Source: Candidatus Desulfatifera sulfidica
GTDB taxonomy: Bacteria; Desulfobacterota; Desulfobulbia; Desulfobulbales; Desulfocapsaceae
Direction of reading: 5' to 3'
Length of the DNA stretch: 64,000 bases
NCBI GenBank assembly: GCA_014381505.1
Contig: JACNLK010000033.1
Coordinates: 4,583-68,582, forward strand
The position numbers were made by a program, and so were the translations under genes. The notes under the pieces were generated by a model. That model was not told the origin of the DNA. It was given only the letters and a program-made list of their open reading frames with translations, and ran no database searches. Positions within the stretch are counted from its first letter, which is position 1; each line of letters opens with the position of its first letter. Of the stretch, positions 1 to 10,471 are shown in pieces.

Positions 1-999
1 CATATCGCCATCAGCATGGGCTGCCCGGTGGGCATTGGGCCGGAGATTATCCTCAAATACTTTACTGCTGCTGAAACTGATCAAACCCGGCGGCTCGTTG
101 TTATCGGTGACCTCGGGGTTCTCAAGAGCTGCGCGGTGGAACTCAACATACCTGCTGTCCTTACACCCTGGCACCCCGGAGATCGACCCGTTGCCGGCAC
201 AATTCCGGTCCTTGAGGCTACCCACCTCAACCCTGAAGAACTGCGATGGGGGCAGCCAACGGCCACAACCGGACAGGCGATGGCCACCTATATTAAACGA
301 GCGGCACAGGACATTGATAAGGGAATTTTCTCCTGTCTGGTGACATGTCCCATTTCCAAGTCAGCCCTGCATGATGCAGGTTACAACTACCCGGGCCACA
401 CCGAGATGCTTGCCGATCTCAGTCACAGCAGCGAACCCATTATGATGATGGCGGGCACCACCCTGCGAGTCACTCTGGCAACCATACACTGCGCTCTGGC
501 TGAGGTACCGGCACTCCTCTCAAGTAAGAGAATCATCAGGTTAATCGAGATCACCCATACTAGCCTTGTTCGTGACTTTGGTATAGCGCATCCTCAGATC
601 GCTGTGGCCGGTCTGAATCCTCACGCCGGGGAAGATGGCATCTTCGGCCATGAAGAAGAGGAGATTATTTTTCCAGCTGTGCACGCTGCTCAAACCGCTG
701 GAATCACAGTCAGTGGCCCCTTTCCACCAGACACGGTTTTTCACAAGGCCGCCAGCGGTCTCTTTGACGCTGTAGTCTGTATGTACCATGACCAGGGACT
801 GATTCCATTCAAGTTGCTCCACTTCAGTGATGGCGTTAATGTATCCCTTGGACTTCCTTTCATCCGCACCTCGGTTGATCACGGTACCGCGTATGACATT
901 GCCGGACAGGGAAAAGCCACAGCCTCAAGCCTGCATGCCGCTGTTGAAATGGCAGTACAGATGTATCACAATCGCCGAAACTATCAAGCCAATGCCTAA
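1..999 (+). CDS. pdxA: 4-hydroxythreonine-4-phosphate dehydrogenase PdxA (5' end cut by window edge)
   Basis: Frame 1 is open from base 1 (HIAISMGCPVGIGPEII...). PdxA hallmarks 'GYNYPGHTEMLA' and 'RTSVDHGTAYDIAGQGKA' are present. The ATG at 16 lies inside the conserved N-terminal block, so the true start is upstream of the window. Confidence 0.9.
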   Translation, partial: HIAISMGCPVGIGPEIILKYFTAAETDQTRRLVVIGDLGVLKSCAVELNIPAVLTPWHPGDRPVAGTIPVLEATHLNPEELRWGQPTATTGQAMATYIKRAAQDIDKGIFSCLVTCPISKSALHDAGYNYPGHTEMLADLSHSSEPIMMMAGTTLRVTLATIHCALAEVPALLSSKRIIRLIEITHTSLVRDFGIAHPQIAVAGLNPHAGEDGIFGHEEEEIIFPAVHAAQTAGITVSGPFPPDTVFHKAASGLFDAVVCMYHDQGLIPFKLLHFSDGVNVSLGLPFIRTSVDHGTAYDIAGQGKATASSLHAAVEMAVQMYHNRRNYQANA

Positions 1000-1031
1000 G
1001 CGCTGAGCACAACCGACTACGACCTGCAACC

Positions 1032-1664
1032 ATGTCCTCATCAGCACACAAAGGAATTCTAATCGTTTTTGAAGGAATTGACGGCAGTGGTAAATCCACG
1101 CAACTGCAACTGCTGGCCCAATTTCTCAAGCAGCAGGGCCATCATGTTATAACCACACGCGAACCCACAGACGGACCATTTGGCAGAAAACTGCGTTCTC
1201 TGTTCAGTCAACGTGACTCAATGACCAGGGAAGAGGAGCTGGATCTGTTTCTGGCCGACAGGAACGACCACGTGAACCGCCTGCTGGCCCCATCCCTTGA
1301 CCAGGGGAAAATAGTCCTTTGTGATCGTTACTTTCTCTCCACCGTGGCCTACCAAGGCGCGGTCGGATTCAATCCCGATGAAATCCTGGCCAAAAACGAT
1401 TTTGCCCCGCGCCCTGATCTGGCTCTGATCTTCACTACCACGCCCCAAAATGGAATCGGACGAATCACCAACGGTCGAGGTGAGAAACTCAACGACTTTG
1501 AACAAGAGAGCACTCTGACACAAGTTGCAGCTATCTTTGACACCCTTGACCTCCCCTATATCAAGCGGATCGATGCAGACTGCACAATCGAAGAAGTCCA
1601 GAGACAGGTGCTCACCTCAGTTCAGGATTTACTGAACGACCGGGCATCTCTATTGAGACCATGA
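1032..1664 (+). CDS. tmk: dTMP (thymidylate) kinase
   Basis: P-loop 'ILIVFEGIDGSGKSTQ', 'REPTDGP' and 'DRYFLSTVAYQG' are typical of Tmk. Length is 210 aa. Confidence 0.95.
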   Translation: MSSSAHKGILIVFEGIDGSGKSTQLQLLAQFLKQQGHHVITTREPTDGPFGRKLRSLFSQRDSMTREEELDLFLADRNDHVNRLLAPSLDQGKIVLCDRYFLSTVAYQGAVGFNPDEILAKNDFAPRPDLALIFTTTPQNGIGRITNGRGEKLNDFEQESTLTQVAAIFDTLDLPYIKRIDADCTIEEVQRQVLTSVQDLLNDRASLLRP

Positions 1665-3382
1665 AACATCCACGCTTTCTTCTTGCAGGTTTAATTCTGG
1701 CAACCACTCTCGTGACCGGGGGTTGCACTGGTGCGCTCCTGCAACCGTCTGCAAATGCCAGGCAAAACACCCGGGAGCAAACCGACATTCAACTCAGCCA
1801 GCAGGCCTGTGCTTATGCTACCTTTCTTCAGGGCATCCATGCTGAACGCGACCATGAGTTAAACGAGGCCCTTCTGGCTTATAAACGTACCCTTGCATGT
1901 GACCCGGAGGTTCAGCTGGTCAAAAACAAGCTTCCCGCCCTGCTTTTCAATATTGGAAAAAAAGAGGAGGCGATCCAAAGGCTCATCAAAACCATTGCCG
2001 AGAATCCCAATGATATTGACAGCCGCCTTTTCCTGGCAAGACTGTATATTCATAATAACAACCACGACCAGGCCATTGAAATCTATCGTCAAGTACTTCA
2101 TCTGGACCCTGAAAGTGAAACCGCCCTCCTCTCTCTGGGCTATCTTTACAGCCAACAGAAGCAACTGAGAGAAGCCATAACTCTGTTCCAGGAAGTTCTG
2201 AGTCGTACACCGGATTCTTATTTTGCCCACCTCTATCTGGCTCGCCTCCACAGCCAAAACGACAACCCAGAACAAGCCGCGATCTGGTACGAAAAAACCC
2301 TAAAACTGAACTGGTCCGCGGAACTGGCCTACGAAATTATAGATTTTTACGAAAAAACAGACAATTACACTCGAATTGAAAAAATTTACCGTGAGCTCAA
2401 CTGGGATGATCCTGAAGATGAACGGGCCGTATTTGGCCTGATTCAAACTCTGCTCGTCCGGGGAGGTGAAGAAAAGGCCTTAGCCGAACTGGACAAACTG
2501 CGTAAAACCAGCCCGGATCCAACAAGCATAGACTTATTGAGCAGTCGTTTACTCATTCGCTCCAACAAAGAAGGACAGGCCATTCAAGTCCTCAATCACA
2601 TATTAAGCCGAGAAGAATCGGATGAAGCCCACTATACCCTGGCCATCATCTATCGGAGCCAGCAAAAACCAGCAGAGGCCCTTCACCATCTGCAACAGAT
2701 CAATCCTGCAGATAACAAGTATGAGGATGGGATCTACCTCCAGGTCGCAATTCTCAGTGAAAATAAAAAGCGCCCTGAGGCTCTTGCCCTGCTCAAAGAA
2801 CTGACTATGGATTCAAGCACGGCCTCCCCTGGTCTCTTCGGACTCCTTGCATCGTTGTATATTGATCAAGAGCAACTGGAAGAGGCAAGCAAGGTCTTGA
2901 ATCTGGCTTTGCGCCACTATTCAGACAATTCAATTCTTCATTTCAGCCTCGGTGTTCTTTTAAACAGGATGGAACTTGAGGATGAGGCCCTTGCAGCCAT
3001 GGAACAGGTTCTGAGATATGATCCAGATCACGCCGAAGCCTTGAACTACATCGGCTACACCTGGGCCGATCGTAACATCAACCTCGGCCAAGCCCTTGAC
3101 TACATTCTACGGGCAATAGAACTTCAGCCCAATAGCGGTTATATCCGTGACAGCCTTGGATGGGTCTATTTCCGCATGGGCAATCTTGATCAGGCCCGAA
3201 GCGAACTTGAAAAAGCCCTGCTTTTGACCACTGACGATCACCACATCCATGAGCACCTAGGGGATGTCCTGAACGAACTGCATGATACGACCGGAGCAGC
3301 AGAGTCTTATCGCAGGAGTTTGGAATTACTTGATGATGAAGACAAGAAGAAGAGACTTCAGGACAAGATCGATGCGCTCTAA
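1661..3382 (+). CDS. TPR-repeat lipoprotein
   Basis: Signal peptide with lipobox '...LVTGGC'. Repeated 34-aa A/Y/L patterns (e.g. 'AHLYLARLHSQNDNPEQAAIWYEKTL') run through the 573 aa. A 4-nt ATGA overlap with the tmk stop suggests co-translation. Confidence 0.8.
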   Translation: MKHPRFLLAGLILATTLVTGGCTGALLQPSANARQNTREQTDIQLSQQACAYATFLQGIHAERDHELNEALLAYKRTLACDPEVQLVKNKLPALLFNIGKKEEAIQRLIKTIAENPNDIDSRLFLARLYIHNNNHDQAIEIYRQVLHLDPESETALLSLGYLYSQQKQLREAITLFQEVLSRTPDSYFAHLYLARLHSQNDNPEQAAIWYEKTLKLNWSAELAYEIIDFYEKTDNYTRIEKIYRELNWDDPEDERAVFGLIQTLLVRGGEEKALAELDKLRKTSPDPTSIDLLSSRLLIRSNKEGQAIQVLNHILSREESDEAHYTLAIIYRSQQKPAEALHHLQQINPADNKYEDGIYLQVAILSENKKRPEALALLKELTMDSSTASPGLFGLLASLYIDQEQLEEASKVLNLALRHYSDNSILHFSLGVLLNRMELEDEALAAMEQVLRYDPDHAEALNYIGYTWADRNINLGQALDYILRAIELQPNSGYIRDSLGWVYFRMGNLDQARSELEKALLLTTDDHHIHEHLGDVLNELHDTTGAAESYRRSLELLDDEDKKKRLQDKIDAL

Positions 3383-4208
3383 GCCCCAGACTATCAAGAT
3401 TCACAAACCGAACCCTGCAGTCCTGCTGTTCACCCTGCTCTTCTTCGTCCTCCTCTCTGGCTGCGCTCGGCCACCCTGGACCACTCAGGGCCTGCGCGAA
3501 GAACCAGCCGGTCTTGAGCAACTCATCAATAACCTCCAGACCAGGGAGCGCTCATGTCCGCAAGGCCTGACGGCCCAGGCCATATTCAACTGGCAGGCCC
3601 CAGCCTCCAGCATCAAACTTGATGGTTCACTCCAGTTGCTCATACCAGATGCATTCAAGGCGGTAGCACTTTCCCCCCTTGGCCAGCCCCTCTTTATCAT
3701 AACCGCCAATGATACAACTTTTCAGGCCATTGATATCCCGGCAGCCCAAGTCTTACAGGGCAACGTCCAGAATCTGCTCAGCCATTACAATATTGATTTC
3801 AACCAGGCACCGTTGGGTACCTGGCTCAGCGGCCGATTCTCGACAAAATCAGTAAAAACACAGCGTCTGGGATGGGACAAAGCCGGGCGAGGATACTGGC
3901 TGAAAATTAAAGAGACCGGTAACAGTGCTGAAATCATCAGCCATGTGTTGATTGATCTCAAATCGCAGGATATCTTGATTCGACAGGCCATCAACCACAA
4001 CGGCCAGAGAGCGGCCACCATCATCTATAACGACCGTGATGAGATACAGGCATGCCGGCCCCCTCAAAATATCGAGATCAAAGACCTGCCTTACGGTGCT
4101 AGGCTAACCATCACACTGAATCAAATCCACCAGGACGACAAACTCCAACCAGCCGATTTCACCATGCAAATCCCGAGCTCTTTCACTCGCACACAACTGC
4201 CGGAATAG
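3372..4208 (+). CDS. Lipoprotein of unknown function (possibly LolB-fold/DUF4292-like)
   Basis: The ATG at 3372 (MRSKPQTIKIH...) gives a classic signal peptide with lipobox 'LLSGC'. The longer ORF from 3282 would run inside the TPR gene. The family assignment is only a guess from context. Confidence 0.6.
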   Translation: MRSKPQTIKIHKPNPAVLLFTLLFFVLLSGCARPPWTTQGLREEPAGLEQLINNLQTRERSCPQGLTAQAIFNWQAPASSIKLDGSLQLLIPDAFKAVALSPLGQPLFIITANDTTFQAIDIPAAQVLQGNVQNLLSHYNIDFNQAPLGTWLSGRFSTKSVKTQRLGWDKAGRGYWLKIKETGNSAEIISHVLIDLKSQDILIRQAINHNGQRAATIIYNDRDEIQACRPPQNIEIKDLPYGARLTITLNQIHQDDKLQPADFTMQIPSSFTRTQLPE

Positions 4209-4338
4209 CCATCATCTGTATTCGCCTGTAAACTTTCCCCTTGCAGAACGCCAGCTAACCGGCAATAAAAAGCAGAAACAAATAATCCCTTGCCAGTCCT
4301 ACTCACTGGCCCAGAACTCCACAGCCAATAGGATCCCC

Positions 4339-6867
4339 GTGAACAACCTTCTGACCCGTGTCAATAAACCCGGCCGCTACCTCGGCCTCGAGCACAACGC
4401 CATAAACAAACCTTGGGAACAAGCCCGAATCCGCTGCGCCCTGATTTTCCCTGACCTGTACGAAATCGGCATGTCACACCAGGGGTTGCAGATTCTCTAC
4501 CATCTGCTGAATGCACAGGAGCACACCCTGGCTGATCGCTGCTACTGCCCGGACAAGGATCTGGAACAAATTCTCACCACAGAGCAGGCACCACTCACTG
4601 CCCTGGAATCAGGGAGGCCGCTCACTGATTTTGACCTCATGGGGATAACTCTCCCCTATGAGTTATGCTACAGCAATATCCTCACCATCCTTCAACTGGC
4701 TGGGATCCCCTTTTACGCCAGTGAACGGGACGACAACTTTCCCCTGCTCCTGGGCGGAGGGTCTTGTTCTATGAATCCGGAACCGGTGGCAGATTTTTTT
4801 GACGCCATATTACTGGGCGATGGTGAAGAAGGAGTCATCGAGGTCAGCAAGACCATGGCCCATGCCAAAGAACATGGCTGGCCCAAACAAAACCTCCTGG
4901 AGGAGTTGAGCAAAATTGAAGGGATATACATTCCTTCTTTTTTCACGCCAGGATATGATAATCAGGGTCGGATCACTGCCATTGCACCGCAGTTGGCCCA
5001 ATATGAAACAGTCAAACGCCGTATTCTGCCGGATCTTAACCGCATTGACCACCTGACTCAGCCCCTGGTCCCCAACAGTAAAATCGTTCATGATCGTCTG
5101 GGGATTGAGATCGCCCGTGGCTGCACCCGTGGCTGCCGCTTTTGCCAGGCCGGCATCATCTACCGTCCCGTCCGTGAGCGAAGCCCGGAGCAGATCATGG
5201 AGCTTGCCGGTGTTGGAATTGATGACAGTGGTTTTGATGAACTGGCCCTGCTTTCACTCTCCACCGGTGACTATTCCTGTCTCGACCAGCTTCTGCCTGA
5301 CTTGATGGATCGTTTTGCAGACAAGTTCGTCTCAGTGGCCATGCCGTCCATGCGAGTCGGTACCCTGACGCAAGGAGTCATGGATCAAATCAAACGTGTA
5401 CGCAAGACCGGTTTCACTCTGGCCCCTGAAGCAGGGAGTGAACGACTCCGTCGGGTGATTAACAAAGGGATCACAGAAGAGGACCTGCTGACCACCAGTC
5501 GTGATGCCTATGGCCTTGGCTGGAAGGTCATGAAATTATACTTCATGATCGGACTGCCCACTGAGACCCCAGAAGACATTGATGCCATCAGCGATCTTGC
5601 GCAAAAAACGCTGGCGGCCGGTGCCGGTGGTCATGGTCGACGCCAGATCACAGTCAGCATCGGTACCTTTGTTCCCAAACCGCACACCCCCTTTCAATGG
5701 GCCAGGCAAATGACCATGGCCGAGAGCTATGCCGCCATCCGACATCTCAAGTCGATCTTACCGCGCAAGAATATCAACCTTAAATGGCATGACCCGGAAC
5801 AGAGTTTTCTCGAAGGTGTCTTCTCCCGTGGTGATCGTCGACTGGCGCAACTGCTCGAAAAGGCTTGGGAGCGAGGAGCTCGGCTCGATGGCTGGTCAGA
5901 CCATTTCCAGCTCAAACTCTGGCAGGAGGCCGCCGCTGAAGACTGCGGTCTTGACCTCGACTTCTACCTGCGCGAGAGGACGCTCGATGAAATTCTGCCC
6001 TGGCAGCATCTCGACAGCGGCGTGTCCATCGATTTTCTCAAACAGGAATTGACCAAAGCCCAGGAAGAAGCCTACACTCCGGACTGCCGCTACCACGCTT
6101 GTCAGCTCTGCGGCCTCTGCGATTTCAAAACCATCAAGCCAGTTGTCCAGAATAAAAAACAAATACCGGCAGTTGTCCCTGATCGCCCCCAACCACAGGC
6201 AAGCACCGAAGATCCAGCCCATTTTAAGTACAAAGTGAGCTACCAGCGACGGGGTATAATCTGCCTGCTCGGCCATCTGGAAATCCTGCAACTGGTCTTC
6301 CGGGCTATCCGACGAGCCGGGATTGAAACCCACTTTTCCCAGGGCTTCAACCCTTCCCCCAAGATCTCATTTGGACCGGCCATGCCAGTTGGCACCGAAA
6401 GTCTGTGCGAATACTTCATCATGGATCTGCCCGCATTGCTGAGTAACTCAAGTCAGACTGTAGACGAACTGGACTGCCAGCTTCCGGAAGGATTAACCGT
6501 CACAGCCATTGAACTGCATAGCGGCAAGCTCCCCCAATCCCTGCTGATCAACTACACCATTACCTGCCCCCAACCATTCACCGAGCAAGAATCTGCCAAT
6601 CTCGACGATTTTCTGGCCAGTGAGTCCCACACAATAACCCGCAGCCGCAAAGGCAAGACCAGGGAGATTGACATCCGACCACTGGTCAGCCAGGGGAAGT
6701 TAACCGCCCCCAACACCCTGGACCTTGAACTGATCACAACGGCCGGTCAACCCGGGATCAAACCGCAGCAGATACTCACCCTTGTTATGGGTCTGGATGA
6801 GGAAAGCACACACAATTGTCTCACCCTGAAAACAACCTGTCTGCCTCTGAGCGAAGACAACAAATAA
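4339..6867 (+). CDS. Radical SAM protein fused to a DUF2344-type C-terminal domain (TIGR03960/TIGR03936-like)
   Basis: GTG start. N-terminal 'VNKPGRYLGLEHN', radical-SAM cluster motif 'ARGCTRGCRFCQAG', and a C-terminal ~230 aa domain beginning 'FKYKVSYQRRG...'. Length is 842 aa. Confidence 0.8.
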   Translation: MNNLLTRVNKPGRYLGLEHNAINKPWEQARIRCALIFPDLYEIGMSHQGLQILYHLLNAQEHTLADRCYCPDKDLEQILTTEQAPLTALESGRPLTDFDLMGITLPYELCYSNILTILQLAGIPFYASERDDNFPLLLGGGSCSMNPEPVADFFDAILLGDGEEGVIEVSKTMAHAKEHGWPKQNLLEELSKIEGIYIPSFFTPGYDNQGRITAIAPQLAQYETVKRRILPDLNRIDHLTQPLVPNSKIVHDRLGIEIARGCTRGCRFCQAGIIYRPVRERSPEQIMELAGVGIDDSGFDELALLSLSTGDYSCLDQLLPDLMDRFADKFVSVAMPSMRVGTLTQGVMDQIKRVRKTGFTLAPEAGSERLRRVINKGITEEDLLTTSRDAYGLGWKVMKLYFMIGLPTETPEDIDAISDLAQKTLAAGAGGHGRRQITVSIGTFVPKPHTPFQWARQMTMAESYAAIRHLKSILPRKNINLKWHDPEQSFLEGVFSRGDRRLAQLLEKAWERGARLDGWSDHFQLKLWQEAAAEDCGLDLDFYLRERTLDEILPWQHLDSGVSIDFLKQELTKAQEEAYTPDCRYHACQLCGLCDFKTIKPVVQNKKQIPAVVPDRPQPQASTEDPAHFKYKVSYQRRGIICLLGHLEILQLVFRAIRRAGIETHFSQGFNPSPKISFGPAMPVGTESLCEYFIMDLPALLSNSSQTVDELDCQLPEGLTVTAIELHSGKLPQSLLINYTITCPQPFTEQESANLDDFLASESHTITRSRKGKTREIDIRPLVSQGKLTAPNTLDLELITTAGQPGIKPQQILTLVMGLDEESTHNCLTLKTTCLPLSEDNK

Positions 6868-6992
6868 GCATTTACACAAATCGTTGCACAAACCATTTGC
6901 CTCATGGTAGATAAATGTTGAGTAAGATTTTTCTGAGCAGACCATCCTAGGATACCCCATTAATCTGTGTAATTTGAAATAGAAAAGGAGTA

Positions 6993-8342
6993 ATGACGAT
7001 GATGAAAAAAATAATCCTTCGTGACGACCAGATGCCAACTCAGTGGTACAATGTTGTCCCTGATTTACCAAACGGCCTGCTCCCTCCCCTTGACCCTGAG
7101 ACCAAAGAACCCATGGGCCCTGAAAAACTGGGTGCCGTTTTTCCCATGGGCCTGCTCGAGCAGGAGATGAGCCAGGAACGCTTCATTGATATCCCGGATG
7201 AGGTCCAGGAGATTCTCAAAATCTGGCGTCCCTCCCCTCTGGTCCGGGCCCGAAATCTTGAGAAGGCCCTGGGAACCAAGGCAAGGATCTACTTCAAGAA
7301 TGAGGGTGTCTCCCCCGTAGGCTCACACAAACTCAACAGCGCTGTGGCCCAGGCCTATTACAATGCTCGTGAGGGTGTCAAACGCCTCTCCACCGAGACC
7401 GGCGCTGGACAATGGGGCAGTGCCCTGTCCTTTGCCACCAATAAATTTAACCTCGATTGCAAAGTCTATATGGTGCGGGTCTCTTTTGACCAGAAACCCT
7501 ACCGCAAATCGATGATGCAGACATACGGTGCTGATATCGTCTCCAGCCCCAGCGAAGACACCCACATCGGTCGACAAATCAGGGAGGAATATCCTGATAC
7601 AGCGGGTGCTCTTGGAATCGCCATCTCCGAGGCCCTGGAAGATGCTGCCAGCCGGGATGACACCAAGTATGCCTTGGGCTCTGTCCTTAATCATGTCATC
7701 CTTCACCAATCAATCATCGGCCTTGAGGCCAAGAAGCAAATGGAAATCGCCGGTGATTATCCAGACGTCATCCTTGGTTGCTGCGGCGGCGGTTCCAATT
7801 TCGCCGGTCTTGCCGCCCCCTATCTGCCCGATTACCTGGAAGGGAAAAAAATCCGCTTTGTCGGTGTTGAACCAGCCTCCTGTCCTTCGCTGACCATGGG
7901 CAAACTGGCCTATGACTTTGGTGATGTAGCCCAAATGACGCCACTCCTGAACATGCACACATTGGGACATGATTTCATTCCTCCTGGCATCCACGCCGGA
8001 GGTCTACGCTACCACGGTATGGCCCCCATCGTTTCAGCCATGGTTCGGGAAAATATCATCGATCCAATCAGAGTTCACCAGCTTGAGTGCTTCGAAGCCG
8101 GAGTCCTGTTCGCCCGGACAGAAGGTATCATCCCCGCACCCGAGACCTGCCACGCCATTCGTGGGGCAATCATCGAGGCGACGCGTGACAAGGATGAGCC
8201 CAAATCCATCCTCTTTAACTTTTCTGGACATGGTCTGATTGACATGGCCTCCTACGATAAATACTTCTCAGGTGAATTACACAACTACGACTATCCTGCT
8301 GAAGATATCGCAAAATCTCTGGCCAGACTCCCCAAAATCTAA
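6993..8342 (+). CDS. trpB: TrpB-like PLP-dependent enzyme (tryptophan synthase beta chain, TrpB2 type)
   Basis: '[12 protein letters not shown]' N-terminus and 'GSHKLNSA' PLP-lysine motif. The 449-aa length is typical of TrpB2. ATGs at 6999/7002 are alternative starts with better spacing to the AGGAG. Confidence 0.85.
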   Translation: MTMMKKIILRDDQMPTQWYNVVPDLPNGLLPPLDPETKEPMGPEKLGAVFPMGLLEQEMSQERFIDIPDEVQEILKIWRPSPLVRARNLEKALGTKARIYFKNEGVSPVGSHKLNSAVAQAYYNAREGVKRLSTETGAGQWGSALSFATNKFNLDCKVYMVRVSFDQKPYRKSMMQTYGADIVSSPSEDTHIGRQIREEYPDTAGALGIAISEALEDAASRDDTKYALGSVLNHVILHQSIIGLEAKKQMEIAGDYPDVILGCCGGGSNFAGLAAPYLPDYLEGKKIRFVGVEPASCPSLTMGKLAYDFGDVAQMTPLLNMHTLGHDFIPPGIHAGGLRYHGMAPIVSAMVRENIIDPIRVHQLECFEAGVLFARTEGIIPAPETCHAIRGAIIEATRDKDEPKSILFNFSGHGLIDMASYDKYFSGELHNYDYPAEDIAKSLARLPKI

Positions 8343-8352
8343 ACCTAGACTC

Positions 8353-8388
8353 CCCGTGCGCCGCTCAGATATCTGTGTGGCGCACGGG
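8353..8388 (+). terminator. GC-rich hairpin downstream of trpB2 (weak terminator candidate)
   Basis: Perfect 10-bp stem CCCGTGCGCC/GGCGCACGGG with a 16-nt loop, but no clear U-tract follows. Confidence 0.35.
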
Positions 8389-8402
8389 AATCGGAGCATT
8401 TC

Positions 8403-9608
8403 ATGCGCCGTTTTTGCCTGAGTTTTATCTTACTCGCCTTTATATCCCTGGCCTTTTCCTGCCCAGTGCAGGCTCAAACCACAAACAAAGACCCGGCAGC
8501 CCACCTCATTGAGTACGGTGGTTATCTGCTCAGTCAAGATGGTCGAATCATTCGCAGCCACGATATCGACACCTCGTTCATTCCAGCCTCCACTGTCAAA
8601 CTTGTCACAGCCCTGGCCGCTTTGGAGATCCTGGGTGCAGAGCACCGCTTCACCACCCGCTTCTACCAGGATCAGTCAGACAATCTCTATATCCAGGGCA
8701 GTGGCGACCCAAGCCTTATCTCTGAAGAAATCAGCCACATCACCCAACGCCTGCACCAAATGGGAGTCAGGCAAATCAACGACCTGATCCTCGATGACTC
8801 GGCCTTTGCCCTGAAAGCATCAACGCCAGGTTCAGAAAATTCACACAACCCCTATGACGCACCCAACAATGCCCTGGCTGTTAATTACAATTCTCTCCCT
8901 CTGATCGTCGACAATAACGGCAGCGTACGCTCCGGGGAACCACAGAGCCCCACACTAAATCTCAGCCGTAAGATCGGCCGTCATTTGAAGTCGGGTTGGC
9001 ATCGAGTCAATGTTGAGGCCTATCCTGGGAGTGGAGAGATCACAAACACTCTGCGCTACAGCGGCGAGCTATTCAGTGCCCTACTCCACCGGCAAGGAAT
9101 TGTGACCCACGGGGCCATACGCCCGGGTGCAGTTTCAAGCGAGGCCAAACTCCTTTACAGTCACCAGTCGACCAGGACAGTTCGTGATCTGGTCCGCGAT
9201 ATGCTCAAGTATTCCAACAACTTCATCGCCAACCAGCTCTTCTTAAGCTGTGGTGCCAAAGAACAGGGCGGTGCAGCCACTTGGCACAAAGGGCGCCTCA
9301 CCATCAGAAATTTTCTCACGAATAGACTCAACCTCTCGCCTGGCGAATTACATGTGGTAGAGGGTTCAGGTCTATCTCGTGAAAACCGAAGCACCCCTCG
9401 AGCCATGATCAGGGTTCTGGAGCACTTTTATCCCCATAAAAGTCTCCTTACCAACAAAAAGGATGTCTCTCTGAAGTCAGGAAGTCTGAACGGGGTTTAC
9501 TGTTATGCCGGCTATCTCCCCCTGGACGGCCAGGCCCAGCCCTTTGCCATCCTTCTCAACCAGAAAAAGAACACTCGTGACTACATCCTCCGTATCATCC
9601 GTCCCTAA
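8403..9608 (+). CDS. dacB: D-alanyl-D-alanine carboxypeptidase/endopeptidase, PBP4 (S13) family
   Basis: Signal peptide (…FSCPVQA), active-site 'PASTVKLVTALAAL' (SxxK), 'YSNNFIANQL' (SxN) and 'LKSGSL' (KTG-like). Confidence 0.8.
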   Translation: MRRFCLSFILLAFISLAFSCPVQAQTTNKDPAAHLIEYGGYLLSQDGRIIRSHDIDTSFIPASTVKLVTALAALEILGAEHRFTTRFYQDQSDNLYIQGSGDPSLISEEISHITQRLHQMGVRQINDLILDDSAFALKASTPGSENSHNPYDAPNNALAVNYNSLPLIVDNNGSVRSGEPQSPTLNLSRKIGRHLKSGWHRVNVEAYPGSGEITNTLRYSGELFSALLHRQGIVTHGAIRPGAVSSEAKLLYSHQSTRTVRDLVRDMLKYSNNFIANQLFLSCGAKEQGGAATWHKGRLTIRNFLTNRLNLSPGELHVVEGSGLSRENRSTPRAMIRVLEHFYPHKSLLTNKKDVSLKSGSLNGVYCYAGYLPLDGQAQPFAILLNQKKNTRDYILRIIRP

Positions 9609-9878
9609 TATCCCTAAGTTACGGCAGTCCCAGCCCTTCTGATTCACAGACCAGACAGCTTCTCAAAAATTGCAGCCACACATTTGTTCTTCCTGCATAT
9701 CTTCAGATTGTAAATCTGAGGTGTGTGCTATACTAACAGTGCACTGAACAATCATTCGTCATGATGCGAAATGAGTAAGATGAACGGGCCAGTCAACTCA
9801 GGGTCCTGTCAATGACTTAACCAGATTCCCCTGAACTCAGGTCAATCACACGCTCGAAATCAAACCAAGGACAAATCC

Positions 9879-10466
9879 ATGAACGATCGCCTACAGGAAC
9901 TGATTGCCACCATCAAGAAACTGGAGCAAGAACTGATTGTCGAACTCCAGAAAAAAGAGGCTGAGTATTCCTATGAAATCAGAAACAAAAAAGTCTATTT
10001 CGAACAGGCCATCCGTCGCCGTCACCGCTACCTGCTCGAAACAGCCCGTCACTACCTGCGACATGCGGCCCTGGTCAACATTCTCACCGCACCTTTCATC
10101 TGGGCCTGCCTGTTTCCGGCCCTGCTCATGGATCTGATGGCATCAGTCTATCAATTTGTCTGCTTTCCGGCCTACAACATACCCAAAGTCAGACGGAGTG
10201 ACTACATCGTCATCGACCGCCACTATCTGAGCTACCTGAACTGGATCGAAAAGATCAACTGCTGCTATTGTGGATATTTCAACGGACTGATTTCCTATAT
10301 TCATGAAATAGCAGCTCGAACAGAACTTTACTGGTGTCCAATCAAGCACGCCCGAAGAACCAGGGCCAGTCACAACCATTACCACAATTTTTTTGACTAT
10401 GGTGATGCCGAAAGATACCGTCGGGAACTCAATAAGATTCGAGCCAAAATACGTGATCTCTCATAA
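9879..10466 (+). CDS. Conserved hypothetical membrane-associated Cys/His-rich protein
   Basis: 195-aa ORF with an N-terminal coiled-coil-like segment and a hydrophobic segment (ILTAPFIWACLFPALLMDLMASV). A 'NCCYCGYFNG...YWCPIKHA' Cys/His cluster follows. I recognise no family name. Confidence 0.55.
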   Translation: MNDRLQELIATIKKLEQELIVELQKKEAEYSYEIRNKKVYFEQAIRRRHRYLLETARHYLRHAALVNILTAPFIWACLFPALLMDLMASVYQFVCFPAYNIPKVRRSDYIVIDRHYLSYLNWIEKINCCYCGYFNGLISYIHEIAARTELYWCPIKHARRTRASHNHYHNFFDYGDAERYRRELNKIRAKIRDLS

Positions 10467-10471
10467 GGGTA

